Source: Callorhinchus milii (Eukaryota). From it: a stretch of DNA of 64,000 bases. The stretch covers positions 123,320,001-123,384,000 of the forward strand of contig NW_024704742.1 of NCBI RefSeq assembly GCF_018977255.1, read 5' to 3'. Position numbers and translations under genes: made by a program. The notes under the pieces are model-generated. The model worked only from the letters and a program-made list of their open reading frames with translations. It was not told the origin of the DNA and ran no database searches. Positions 34,611 to 47,729 of this stretch are shown here, one piece after another (positions within the stretch are counted from its first letter, which is position 1; every line of letters begins with the position of its first letter).

Positions 34611-35394
34611 CAGTGGAACCTCACTAATCTGGTCACTCAAGTGACCAGGCAAGAGTGACCTACTTGTGAGGTGACCTGATTACTGAAACAGGTCGGGTGA
34701 TTCAGGTCACTGATGTAATGTTAAGGGCATTGGTAATGGCCAAGGCTGATGAACATTCACCAACGATACTTTATAATCTCATTATAAATAAAGGCATTGT
34801 CACATTTAACACAAAAGCTGTCATGTATTAGCCTTCCTTTTGAGAATGCATCAAACTTGTGTTCTGCTAATGTATACAGATCAACAGCTACTGTCTGTCT
34901 ATGACCTTTGCTGTTACTGTGTTTGATTATAAGTCCATTCTCTCATGTAAGGACAACTCCTTCCGTGGTGGCGTGTTTACAGCACTTACTAAGAATTGGC
35001 AGCAGGAGCTCAGGTTAGGCCACGGGAATCGGGTAAAGTCAATTTCCCGTTGGTGCCATTTCTACGATCCCAATACTCCCCGCACTGCGAATCCGCAATC
35101 GGAGCCCCCTCCACCCACAGTAGCAGCGTCGAGGAAACAGCGTGAGAAGCCTGTGGCCTAGCCCACTGTGTACTGTACAGGTTAGTAGCAGAGGGGGGTG
35201 TTTGTACTGTGTTTGAAGCGAAGGAGGGCGCTGTAGCGGTCGCAATCAATGACCGTTATCCTGAATAGTGAGGTGCCCGGTTTACTGAAGCCGACAGCCT
35301 ATCTTTTAGTGTAGACCATGAAAGAGACTGAAAATGTGCCCACAATTGTGAGGTGGCTGGATTACCAAGGCGACTGCAAACCGGGTTTCCAATG
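34611..35394. mobile_element. Tc1/mariner (pogo/Tigger-type) non-autonomous DNA transposon, longer copy
   Basis: CAGTGGAACC...GGGTTTCCAATG|TA; both ~165 bp ends match 3661-4009, with about 450 bp extra interior. Confidence 0.85.
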
Positions 35395-36475
35395 TAGTGC
35401 TTTTGAAATCCTGTTGTTTCCCTTTTTGTTCTACGTAAGTGTGTGTGGAAGATCGAACACTTTAGCATTACATTAAACTTTGACTTTGTACACATTGTCG
35501 TTGACATATACCTGGAACAGTGGACATAATATTTTCTGATCACCTGCAAACTAAATAAAGATAATGGAACCTGGGACCCACCAATTTAGCTCCCAGATTT
35601 TCTCCCGTTTCCTCAATGGTGACCATCCCCGATGGATGGGGCATGGGATTGGGGGGGCAATGACAAATATTCCGTCCATGTGCAGAATGAAAAGCTTCCC
35701 TTTGGCTGTTCAGTTACTGATCGCAGTAGCTGGGCTTGTCAGAGGAGAAATTCCAATGGCAGGGATGCTACTTCTTCTGCTTGTTCTTTGTCCCCTTCAC
35801 TCCAACATTGGCGGCTTCATTTTCAGCCACTACTCCTCAAAGCTTTGGAATTCTCCTCCAATCCCCCAGTCCCTCCACCTGTCCATCTCCTTCCCCGCTT
35901 TTAGATCATGACTGAAGACCTTCCTTTTCAACCGTGCTTACGGTCACCTCCTCCCTCCCCCTGGTTCAGCGTCAGGCTCCGCCACTGCTTAAGCTCTCCG
36001 AAACGCTACCCCACATGAAGGGCGCTATGTAAATGCAAGGTGTTGTTGTTGCTTCAGCTACTGGTTGTTCACAGCATTGTCACGTTTTGCTCCTTCAATG
36101 TCAGCTCTGCCTATCATTGTGAATCAGAAGTATTGGACTGCTCATCTACTAACAGGGAACGTGAGGGAGCTGAGATTAGACCTTCCTGAGACCAGTTAGC
36201 TTTAGCCTACTGACGACATGTTGCTTCAATGGTAATCCTGTTCACTGCAAGATGAACCACATGTTCAGTCACTTAGCGGATGTGCTTGGCTGAGGAACCA
36301 ATGATGCATGGGTTATCTGAGAGATAATGACTAATTCCCCTAATGTCAGGTTGATGTGTAATAATAACAGTACTTCAATCAGGCATCATCTTACACCAAC
36401 TGCCCCCGACCCAGATATTTTTATATTACATAGAGGGGGTAGTGTGGTGTATGATTCAATATTTATCACAAAGAT

Positions 36476-36916
36476 TAATAATAATCCTTGAATGAAATAG
36501 TGCCTTATCATGTTGGAACGATGTTTCAAAGCACTTCACAGGTTCTATTGTGAAATGGAGTGACTGTGTGTTTGTAGGTGAACCCAGCAGCTCAATTACA
36601 CACAGCAATGTCCCACAAACAGCCATGAAGTGAATGATCAATTTTATTCAGGGGATTGCTGGCCAGGATAGTGGAGATACTCCCTTTTCTTTTTGAACAG
36701 TGCCATCTTTCGAATAGTGATCTTTACCATCGACCTGAACAGGCAGTCTGGACCTCTGTTTAAATCTCATCCAAAGGCTAGCACCTCCGACAATGCATCA
36801 CATTGCCAGCACTAAACGGGAGTGCCATCTATGTGACTTCAAGTTCCAACATGGGCTCACGCTCACAACCTTCTGACTCTGAGGCAAGTGTGCTACCACT
36901 GAGCCAAGCTGACACA
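36476..36916 (-). mobile_element. DeuSINE-type SINE, near full length
   Basis: Reverse complement starts GTGTCAGCTTGGCTCAGTGGTAGCACAC; Deu-like middle; shared 3' body and tail. Confidence 0.78.
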
Positions 36917-37899
36917 CCCTTTAATGCATGCCCTTAGATCCTGTCCTTAACAAATAGATTCGGGGGTGAACAATCACTTTGCCTTAACCCCACGACTTTC
37001 AGAGAATAATATTAATAATACTTACATTTGAAACATTTGAAAGGATGTCTCAAATCTCTTCACAGGATATACTGTAAAGCGGAGTGATTGTATTTTTTGA
37101 GTGAATAGAGAATAGTTTCCTCCTTATGTATTTTCAGAATTTCAAAATGTCTCTGTGTTTGTCTACTAGTTAGGTAGGGTTGAGAATTTTTTTTTAAGTT
37201 TAGGATACAGTTAAAGTTAAAGTATAGGTTCTTTAACTTTTGATTTTAATTTTAAGACAGAATGAGATGAAGCCAGCCTCAATCACTCCACCCATGGCTG
37301 ATACTAATTTTGTGCAAATTTCCATCCTCAACTAAAAAAAAGGCATCAAATGGGGGCACAAAATTAGTGAGAAAACCAATATTCCCTGATAAACATGTCA
37401 AGGGATTTATGTATTACGTATATACATTAAAGGTATTTATGCTTCATCAATGAATAATAATAATAATAATAATCCCTGCATTTGATAATGCCTCATTAGG
37501 TCTTTGAGACGTCTCAAAGAGCTTCACAGAATATACTGTAAAGTGAGTTGACCGTATATTTTGTGGGCGAATAAAAAGCATTCCATATGTTACACTGCTC
37601 ATAATGGATATTACTGATCTTGCCAGGATAGATCTAAAAATAACATCATTCTTCAGTAAAGAGGGCAAGTACATTTCTGACAATACTTCTAAAGCCACAG
37701 CTCAATGGAATAGCTTCTGCAATTTACTTCTTACTCTGCATGCTTCTTTTTTTAAACGTTTTATGTCTAAAGACAACTTTCATTGGAGTTAGAATAAATG
37801 ATATTATTAAACTTTCTGACTTTTAAAATTGTCTCCAGCCCTTTGTTAATTTTGACTCTTTCTAGCTTGCTCTCCCCCTCTTCTCTTACCTCTAGCATT

Positions 37900-38915
37900 T
37901 CCCAAATGAAGCCCACCACCCACTTACACCCTTAACCCCATCCCTACTCCTCTCCTGACCTCCTAATCCTTGCCCCCATCTTCAACCTCTCTCTGTCCAT
38001 TGGCACAGTTCCCAATGCCTAAAAGCAGCAGTCATCACCACACTCTCAAAAAACCTTCCCTCAAGCCACCACAATTTCCTAACTACAGTACCATCTCCAA
38101 CCTCTCTTTCCAAGATCCTGGAACAAGTAGTTGCTTCCCAGCTTCGCTCTTTCCTCTCTTGCCATTCCCTGCCTGAACCCTCCAATCTGGTTTCCGTGCT
38201 GCCCACAGTTCAGAGGCAGCCCTCATTAAATTCACAAATGACATTCTGTTCATCTGTGACCAGGGGGTTTCTCTGCCTACTTGTCCTCCTTGTTTCTCTG
38301 CCACCTTTGCTACTGTTGACCTCTCTATTCTTCTCCCTCAGGCCGATTAGACTCCACGCTTTCATCACATCCAGGCTTCACTATGCCAACTCTACTCATG
38401 GTAGTTCCCAACTCTTCCCTCCACAAGATGCAGATTATTCAGAAGTCTGCAGCTCATGTCCTTTCCCGCACTTAACTCCATGAGCTTATCACCTCCATCC
38501 TCGAGTGCTCCACTGGCTTCCCATCCCTCAGAGGATTGAGTTCAAGATCCTCGTCTTCACTTTTAAAGCCCTCCATGGCTTGTCCCACACTACCTCTGTG
38601 ACCTACTAAAACCTTACCATCCCGCCTGCTCTCTCCACTTGGCAGACAGTGGCCTGATTTACATCCCCCACTCTGCCCGCTCCACCATCGGCGGTCGAGT
38701 CTTCAGCCTTTCTGTCCCCATCTTTGGAACTTCATCACCGAGTCCCTTCACCCGGCCCCTTCCCTCATTCAAGGCCCATCTCAATACCTTCCTCTTTGAC
38801 CATGGCTTTGATTATCTCCCCACCCCCAAACCGCTTGCCCTCCACCCCTTTTGAATCCAACCCCCAGCTCAGGTACAAATCCTCGACTGTCCAGCGCTTG
38901 AGACCTCCTCCTGAC
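37900..38915 (+). mobile_element. Older L2 copy, internally deleted; its tail continues at about 41801-41832
   Basis: Decayed RT and C-terminal motifs; the tail hairpin is interrupted by the 38916-41800 insertion. Confidence 0.8.
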
Positions 38916-41800
38916 AACAACAACAACAACAAGATTCCATTTATAGAGCGCCTTTCACGTCGGGAGGACGTCCCAAGGCGCTGTACAGTTGGGTCAGGAC
39001 CCGAGCAGGGGGGAGATGGTCAGGGTGAGGGGAGGGAAGGGAGGGAGCGAGGAGGGGGTAGAGAGTCGAGAGGGGAGCTGAAGGCACGGTCAAAGAGAAA
39101 GGTCTTGAGACCGGCCTTGAAGGAGAAAAGGGAGGAGGCAAGGCGAAGGCACTGGGGGATAGAGTTCCAGAGCCTAGGGGCTGAGAGGCTGAAGGCCCGG
39201 CCACCGATGGTAGGGTGGTTGGGGCGGGGGATGTGGAGCAGACCGGAGCCAGAGGAACGGAGGGTACGGGCAGGTAGATAGGGTGATAGTAGGTTGGAGA
39301 GGTAGGAGGGAGCGAGGCCGTGAATGGCCTTGTAGGTGAGGATGAGGATCTTGAATTCGATCCTCTGGGGGATGGGGAGCCAGTGGAGGGGAGCGAGGGT
39401 GGGAGTGATGTGGTCCCGAAGCCTGGTGCGGGACAGTACACGAGCTGCAGAGTTCTGAATGACCTGCAGCTTGTGGAGGGAGGTGCCGGGAAGGCCGGCG
39501 AGGAGAGAGTTCCCATAGTCCAGCCTTGAGGTGATAAAGGCGTGGACCAGAGTTTCAGCAGCGTGAGGGGTGAGGTAGTGCCGTAGTCTGGCGATATTCC
39601 GGAGGTGATGGAAGGCGGTGCCAGTTGTGGCGCGGATATGAGGGAGAAAGGACAGCTCAGGGTCGAACAGAACACCGAGGTTCCTGACTGGCTTTGAGAG
39701 GTGGAGAGTGCAGCCTTGGATGCTGATGCTGTCAGCGCCTGAGGTGCGGAGGCGCTGACGTGAGCCAATCAGGAGGGCCTCAGTTTTGCACACGTTGAGC
39801 TGAAGAAAGTTGTCTCTCGTCCAGGACTCGATGTCGGACAGGCAGCTGTCAGGACATCGGTGGTCGTGGAGTTGAGAGTAGAGGAGGAAAGGTAGAGTTG
39901 GGTGTCATCCGCATACATGTGGAAGTTAACCCCATGTCTGCGGATGATGTCACCAAGGGGGAGCATATAGAGGGTGAAGAGGAGGGGACCGAGGACAGAG
40001 CCCTGAGGGACACCGCACGAGACAGTGCGGGGGCTGGAGGAAAAGCCATTCGAGAAAACAAAGTGAAGATGGTGGGAGAGGTACAACCTGAACCACTCAA
40101 GGACAGGGCCTTGAAGGTTGAGGTGGGAGGACAAGCGGTGGAGGAGGATAGCATGGTCGACCGTATCGAATGCTGCCGATAGGTCGAGGAGGACGAGAAG
40201 GCAGAGGGAGCCCTGGTCACAGATGGTCAGGATGTCATTGGTGACCTTGACCAGGGCAGTTTCTGTGCTATGGGCAGCACGGAAACCCGACTGAAGGGGT
40301 TCAAATAATGAATGGGTGGAGAGGAAAGAGCGCAGCTGGGAGGCGACAACTCGTTCCAGGACCTTGGACAGGAAGGGGAGGTTGGAGATGGGCCGGTAGC
40401 TTGATAGCTGCGACGCATCAAGGGAGGGTTTTTTCAAGGTGGGAGTGATGGTGGCAGTTTTTAAGGGAATGGGGACAGAGCCAGAGGAGAGGGACAGGTT
40501 GATGATGTCTGTGATATGTGGGGCAAGGAGGTGGAGCTGGGAGATAAGGAGTGGAGTGGGGATGGGGTCAAGGGAGCAGGTGGTGGGTTTCAGGGATAGG
40601 ATGAGTTTAGTGACAGAGGGTGGGGAAACGGGTACGAAAGTGTGTAGGGGAGGATGGGTAGGAGTCAGAGTGTGGGAGGGAGAGGGTGGGGGATGGGTGG
40701 ATGTTGGAGGGGAAGTGACCGCGGAGCGAATTCCCTTGATTTTGGATTCAAGGAAATCCAGCATCTCCTCACAGTGAAGGTTGGAGGAGATGACCTGCGC
40801 GGGGTGGCGGGGGGGACGGAGGAGTCGGGATGTGGTAGAAAACAGTAGCCTGGGGTTGTTCTTTGCCTCCAGGATTATCCTGGAGTAGAAGGACGACTTG
40901 GCCGAGGCTAGAGTGGAGCGGTAGATTTTGAGGAGGTCCAGCCAGATTTGTCGGTGGACCGTTAAGCCAGATTTGACACAGGTGCGTTCAGCGGCCCGCA
41001 CCTGGCTTTTCAGTGAGCGGAGGTGGGTGGTGAACCAGGGGGAGGAGCGAGAGTAGGAGACAGTACGGGAGGTGATGGGGGCAAGAGTATCGAGTATGGA
41101 GGAGAGAGTGTTGTGGAGGAGGGTGAGAGGAGAAGAGGGGTCAGTGAGGGTTGAGAGGGGAAGAGAAGTTCAGAGGACTCCAAGGCAGCGGTTAGGGATT
41201 GTGGAGGTAACTTCTTCCAGGGGCGGTAGAAGATGGTGGTGGGTCTGGTGGAGGTGGGGAGGGGGGTGGAGGTGGTGAAGGAGATGAAGTGGTGGTCGAA
41301 GACGACCTTGTCGGTGATAGTGACATCCGAGACACTGAGGCCCCGGGTGATCACCAAGTCGAGTGGGTGGCCGTGACTGTGAGTGGGGGAGTTGATGTGG
41401 AGGGAGAGATTGAGCGAGGAGAGCAGGGAAGAGAAGTCTGAGGAGATGGAGCAGGAGGGGGTGAAGTGTAGGTTGAAGTCGCCCAGGATGATGAGGCGAT
41501 CAGAACAGAGGCAGAGAGATGTAAGAAGTGTCGAAATATCGTAGATGAAGGTGGGAGAGGTTTTAGGGGGCCGGTAGTATTATTATTGCTATTATTATTG
41601 CTATTATTATTATTTTTGAGCGAGAGTAAGGAGGGGTGGGAGAGGGTGAGGTGCTCGAAAGAGGGGAAAGAGCCAGAGGAGTTGGGGGATAGGGCAAGTG
41701 GTGTCCTTGAGATAAGGGCTACACCACCGCCACGGCGGTTGGGGCGAGGGATGTGGTGGGAGGTGTAGCCGGGTGGTGTGGCCTCCGTGAGGGGGAAGGC
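38916..41800 (-). mobile_element. L2-clade LINE with nearly complete but frameshifted ORF2 (APE endonuclease + RT)
   Basis: EN motifs PPGY...PRPNRRGGGVALI and DHH; RT ORF 39769-41001 with PQGSVLGP and YADD; C-terminal ORF 39020-39793; (AAC)n tail. Confidence 0.97.
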
Positions 41801-43180
41801 CATATATAAATGCAATTTGTTTTTGTTGTTGTGCTGTAAGACATCTCAATAATGTAATAAAGTGCAATATAAAATACAAGGATTCATTTATTTTATTCAC
41901 TTCGGACAACAACAAATTTAGAAATGATCTAGAGGCAATAATTTTACATAGAATTACATAGACTGTTACAGCACAGGAACAAGCCATTCCTTTCAAATGG
42001 TCCATGCCAGTGTCAACCTCTTCTTTATGTATCCATCAAACCACTTAAGAATGTTATTTATTTGTTTTATTAATGCTCTTGGTTTAGGTTGCTGCTTCTT
42101 TTTGTTGCACTTCTTCCTCCATTCAAACGCCATTGGATCTCAAAGACTCTTGGAACAACGTTCATCATACACAGTCACCACACTTTACAGTCAAACTGTG
42201 AAGCATTTTGAGACTTTCAGTGACAAGATAAAATGCTATGTCAAATGCAGGTATTATTATTATTGCTATTATTATTATCCCTTTAAAGCGATTTGTTATT
42301 TTTGTCCTAACTGCATTTTCACACGATCACAAGATTACAAGATTTGGATGAAGCAAGCCTTCAGCCCATCCAATCTCATCCTTTCAGCACACCTATCCAT
42401 TAAATTGCTTTTTAAATGAGTACAGTGTATCTCCTCTGCCAACATTCATGGAAACCTAGTCCAATATTTTGTTTAAAAACCCTTGTTTATTAGTCTTCAG
42501 TGTTCCCGCTTCCCACCATCAGAATGCAGGTTTCTTCATTTCTGTTTTGCAATCTTTTTGAGGTTAACTTTGCAACAGTCTTATTGTGACACCATTTAGC
42601 AAATTGTTATTTCAATGTCGCCCAGGCCTTTCTATGGAATAACGCAACCAAGACCAGTGAGAGAGGAGAGTTTAGATTGTTTTGCTATGTATTTATTTTT
42701 TTTAGGTAAGGGTTTCAAGGAATATAGGGCAAGGGCTTGTAATTGGAATCAAGGTACAGATCAGCATGATCTTGTAGAAAGGTGGAACAGGCTCGAGGGC
42801 CTGAATGGCCTATGTTCCTATGTTACAACACAATACAATACAAAATTGCATTTGTAAAGCGCCTTGCAGGTCGGGAGGACGTCCCAAGGCGCTAATGTTC
42901 CTATGTTACTTTTAAATACAGCCTTTCATGGAACTTGTTTGTGAGGCACTGTCTTTTAATCTCAATTCAAAGTTTTTGTCTACATTAAAATGCTTTAATT
43001 TTCTTCCATACATTAACATAGTTATTCCTATCAACTTTTGATGTAAAAGTATGAATGCATTGATACTTTTTGCAAATTTTACAAGTATAAATAAACTATC
43101 AGAGCCTGTTTCACTCATGAAGCAGTACTACATACTGTGCATTTGTTTTGTTCAGCCAGCTGTCTGACACATGCGGAGAT

Positions 43181-43520
43181 TAAGCTGAGATTTCCATGCA
43201 TCCCACCTACACATGGAAAGTCCAGAGATACATTGATGGAATGGAATGCACACTCTCCCTGGAGAGACACATCCTGCTTACCTAATTCCGGAAAGTATAA
43301 GGTGCAGGTTGGCAAGAGCCTAGACTTGGGAAACCCAGAGTATGCGTTGGGGTACTGCTGGAGTCTAACCATCTAAAACTGCACAGCTTGCCATTGATAT
43401 CACTGTCTATCAAGCTTTCCCACTGCTTGTCCAGCTAGGACCATCCACATGTTAAGGCTTTGGCTTGCAGGGTTAACAGGAGCTGAGTGGGATGGCTCCC
43501 TGCTCCCAGTGACTGGTCAC
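43181..43520. repeat. Unclassified ~500 bp repeat, partial copy
   Basis: Collinear with about 5180-5506. Confidence 0.8.
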
Positions 43521-46500
43521 TGTGTAGTAAAAAGATAGACAATAAAGCCAACTATTAGTTAAGTGATACATGCACAGCCTGAGCTTTCATTGTACATTGT
43601 AATCTGGGATTCATAATCTAATCTATGGAGCCTAGTGTGGGAAAGGACACAAGCTGCAGAGTTCTGGATGCATATATACCAAATGCAAGGATTATTCTTT
43701 TTATAGAAATTATACAGGGTCAGAAAAGACTATTGTGGTCCATCTGGATTTTTCTGAACAACAATGCACAAGGTTAGAGACCAAGGTTAAACCGTATCAT
43801 TTCTTTAGGCCAAACATGCTTCAATGACTGATCAATTTATTCACAGTTTGTTTGACTTGAAATCTTGGTACCGTCTGTTTTTAAGCAACAGACCAATCTG
43901 CTCTTGCGTACCTCGGATGTGGAAACAAACAGTGAACGCGCTGCAGTTTAACTCAAATTCTTGCTCCGGGCTAGAAAGGTTAATTATTACTTTTGTACTG
44001 AGAAAACAAATATATTCTTTGCAAAGAAGAGAAAAATAGCTCAGGGCCTTCAACACTGTGATCTCAACTGCCAAGAAAAAAAAACAGAATAAGTTTAATT
44101 AAATGTCAGGATGAATTATCAAAAAGTTGATTTTATTTAGTAATATAAACATATATGAACTTGCTGTACTACATTAAACTTGCATTTATATTGTGCCTTT
44201 CAAGTACAAAATTGCCCTTGACAACTGTATGCCTCGAGCAACAAGAAAGGAGATTTAAAGATGTTAATGAAAGGCACAGTTTAAGAGATATGTTTTTTCG
44301 GAGGATTTCGAAGGCAGGAAGAGAGGTTTCCTGGTGAAATTATTTTGGAAGAGTTCCAGAGGGCAGAGGCATGTCAGTTTAACCACAGATGGTAAAGCAA
44401 ATAGAATGGGGAACAAGCAATAGTCCAGAACCAGAAGTATGGAAAGAGAAGGCAGGAAACCAGGACTGAAAGAGATTGAGTGGAATGGTGAGGTGAGATT
44501 GTGGAGTAATTTGAAGACCAGGACATGTAACTTAGAATTAGTCTGCTGAAGGAGCCAGCGGAGTTCGATTAGACGGGGATAATAGATATATGGAGCATTG
44601 TGTTGGGAGAGAACAGGGTCTAAATCGTTTAGAGCTTCAAGGGAATGGAGCTTGTGAGGCTGGTGGATAAAGCATTGGAAAATTCTACCTTGAGGTTGTT
44701 CTGAATCAGTTAAAACCACAGATTTAGTAAATACAGGATGATTCCCTGTAACATGCTGGCAAATGTTGGTCCCAGGCAGAGTGAAGTTATAATGGTAGTC
44801 CATAAATCCCTCTCTTCAAAGTGGAAGCACAATCAATCCAGATCTGAATAATGTGTGGGAGGTTCAGGGCCCTGGGCATGGCTGGTGAAAAGCAATGAGA
44901 ACATGATCAACCTGATAGCTGATTCAATTTACTGGACTCTATCATGCGTTTTGAATACTAAACATGAGCGAACTCGGAGAAAGTAATCACGACTATATTG
45001 AACAAAGAATATTATGGATAAAAGCTGTCTGTGGGGCCTCTGTGAACCCATCACCCCATCCTCCACTGACTGCCTATTCTTCCAGTGGACCGACTGACTT
45101 TAAGATCCTCATTCTAACTTTCAAATGTCATAAGGCCATAACCTCACCTCTGTGATCTCCTGCAGTCCCTCTCCCCCACACCCCCACCCAAGGCATTATG
45201 CTCTACCAATTCAGGTGTGTTCCAGATCCTTCACCCTATCAGCTCTTCAACATTGCCGGAACTTTCAGCCACTCTCTCTGGAACTAACTCCCTAAATCCC
45301 TTCACCTCACTCCTTCCCACGTCACTTTCAAACCCCATCTAAAATATCTTTCTCTGTGCTTTTGTGTCAACTTCCCCTGCCACACCCCCTCTCCCCTCCT
45401 TATTTCCCCCTGATCGGACTCCCACACTGTCTCCGTGAAGCACTTTGATATATCTTACCTGAAAAGAGCTATATTAGTGCAAGTTGTTATTGAATAACTA
45501 AAACCTTGGGACGTTCTCCTGAAGTGAAAGGTACTATACAAATGTAATTTGTTGTTGTTATCATGATCTCTGAGTTACCTTGTGGAGTACAGAATTTGTT
45601 TGAAACTCCTTGGAAGAGACTACCTCCTTCTCCCCCGAAGTCTCCGCAACATTGGATTTCAGCCTTTGACCAAACAATGTCATTTTCAAAAGGTGTAGGA
45701 GTAAATCACATTACTGGTGACGATTTTTGAAGACTACAGTCTCTTCGGACATGGCTTCTATGGGCCTCACCAAATACTGTCTTAATTTTAAGGTGGTATC
45801 TGGTGAAGTAGGGTTGCAATGTTCCCTCTGTAGCTAGGGTGAGCCCCCACCGTGTTGACTAAAACCCCACCAAGTTGGCAATATCTCAAGGTCAGGGAGT
45901 TCACACACAAATCTCTTAATGGGGTTTAGTTTTGACTGTATTTTCTGTCCACGTAATAACTATCATCAGGACCTCTAACCTATTTTACATATTATAAGTT
46001 TCAATAGTTTCCTCAGCTTGTTCTAACACGTGTTCTAATGGGTAAAGGCTCTTTTGGGTCTTCTGCTTCACATACCCCCTCTCCTGGTACAGATTGATAG
46101 GACCTGTAACTTTAGAAGTAATTCTCCATTTATCCACCGGTTGCTGCAGAGCTGTTAATGAAGAGAGAGAGGGTAAAGTTTGCTTCTCCCCAACATCATG
46201 CTTTTCCAGGCATTCACTAAGGTGGATGTTTTGTTCAGTAACTTGTTGAGCTTTCCATTGATTTTATAACAGTAATGATAGTCCTTGAATTTGATATAGC
46301 GTCTTATCATGTTGAGCATAAAGATCCCAGGGCTAAAGTGGAGTATCAGCCACTTAAACTCAAATTCTGACTTTGGTATGATTCCTCCTACATTATTACT
46401 ATTTAAAGTGCTGTCATAACCACAGAGTATATATTGAATGTGGGCTTTCAAATCTAACAGCACATCACTGACTATAATTCTGCTCCAGTCATCACCTAGG

Positions 46501-46531
46501 TTAAATCCAAGACACATTCATTCTTAGTTGC

Positions 46532-47165
46532 GTGTCAGCCTGGCGCAGTGGAACCACTCTCATCAGACTGTTGTGGGTTCAAGCCCCATGTCAGGACTTG
46601 AAATCACATAGTCTAAGATGACACACCAATGCAGTGCTGGGGGTATGAGACATTAAACCAGGAGCCCATTTGCCTCTTCAGGTGGATGTTAAAGATCTCA
46701 TGGCACTATTCGCAAAGAGAAGGGAGTTGCATTGAATCATAGAATCTTACAGCACTGAAGGAGGCCATCCGGCTCCATAAAAGAGTTATCCAATTAGCCT
46801 CACTCTCCCACTTTTTCCCCAAAGCCTTGCAAATTTTTCCTTTTCAAATATATATACAATTCCCTTTTGAAAGTTATTATTGAATCTGCTTCCATCACCC
46901 CTTCAGGCATGGTATTCCTGATTGTAAAACTCGCTGCACAAAAAAACATTCCTTATCTCTCCTTAGGTTTTTTCACCAAGTTTCTCCCAGTATCATGGCC
47001 AACATTCCCCCCAAAATAAAACCAGTCACTTATTCCATGGCTGTTTGTGAAACGTTGTCGTATGCCGTGTTTCACCCACAAAATACAGAGTCAATTCACT
47101 ACAGAATATCCTCTGAAGCGCTTTGAAATGCCTCAACGACATGATAAGGTGCAATGATTATTATT
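46532..47165 (+). mobile_element. DeuSINE-type SINE split by a CR1 3' fragment (about 46733-46978, minus)
   Basis: Head and Deu motif to 46730; CATAGAATC..ACAGCAC.GAAGGAGGCCAT CR1 tail; SINE resumes at TTCTCCCAGT. Confidence 0.7.
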
Positions 47166-47352
47166 ATATACTGGAAATGTTCGTGTGACAGAAATACCTT
47201 TTCATATATTTACTGTTTGTGTACAAAGCCTGTTTATATAAGTATATGCTTAGGATATGAATATATGCTTTTAATTTCGCATTTTCAGTAAATTATGTGA
47301 AGTGCTGTGAGGCATCCTCCCGTCATGAGACACTATATATTTTTTAATCCGT

Positions 47353-47676
47353 TTAATCCTGCCAATTGCGTACAGCTGTGTCTCACAAACAGTCGTGGAT
47401 TGAGTGACCAAATTATTATGTTTTTTTGGAGGGATTATTATCCCCGGAAAGCGATCTGCCAATCGACAAGCAACTGGGTTCCTACTTACTTAACCTTGGC
47501 ATCTTGTTTGACCCTCGACTATCCTTTCTACCTCAACTGGTAGCTCCTACTTACTGCTAGGTAAACAGAGGCATATGAGTAAGGAAACCTGCCCAACATT
47601 TCGCCCTGCCAGGAATCAAACCCAAGTCTCTCACTTATGAGGCGAGTGTTCTAACCATTGAACTACAGGACTCCAT
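47353..47676 (-). mobile_element. tRNA-derived SINE, long form, carrying a small internal insertion
   Basis: Reverse complement starts TGGAGTCCTGTAGTTCAATGG and includes the CTCTGTTTACCTAGCAGTAAGTAGG segment. Confidence 0.85.
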
Positions 47677-47729
47677 AAATGCATGGATTATTATTATTGT
47701 TACACCTTTTACATGCTACACTCCATGTA

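Noticed and set aside
38941..39768. Long Pro/Ser/Thr-rich ORFs (275 aa and similar at 9393, 23049, 49712)
   Set aside because: Alternative frames of C-rich L2 ORF2 sequence, not independent genes.
45579..45700. Possible minus-strand exon ending AAG|GTAAC (candidate neighbour such as IL31RA)
   Set aside because: The open frames show no cytokine-receptor or other known motif, and I found no convincing acceptor or partner exons.
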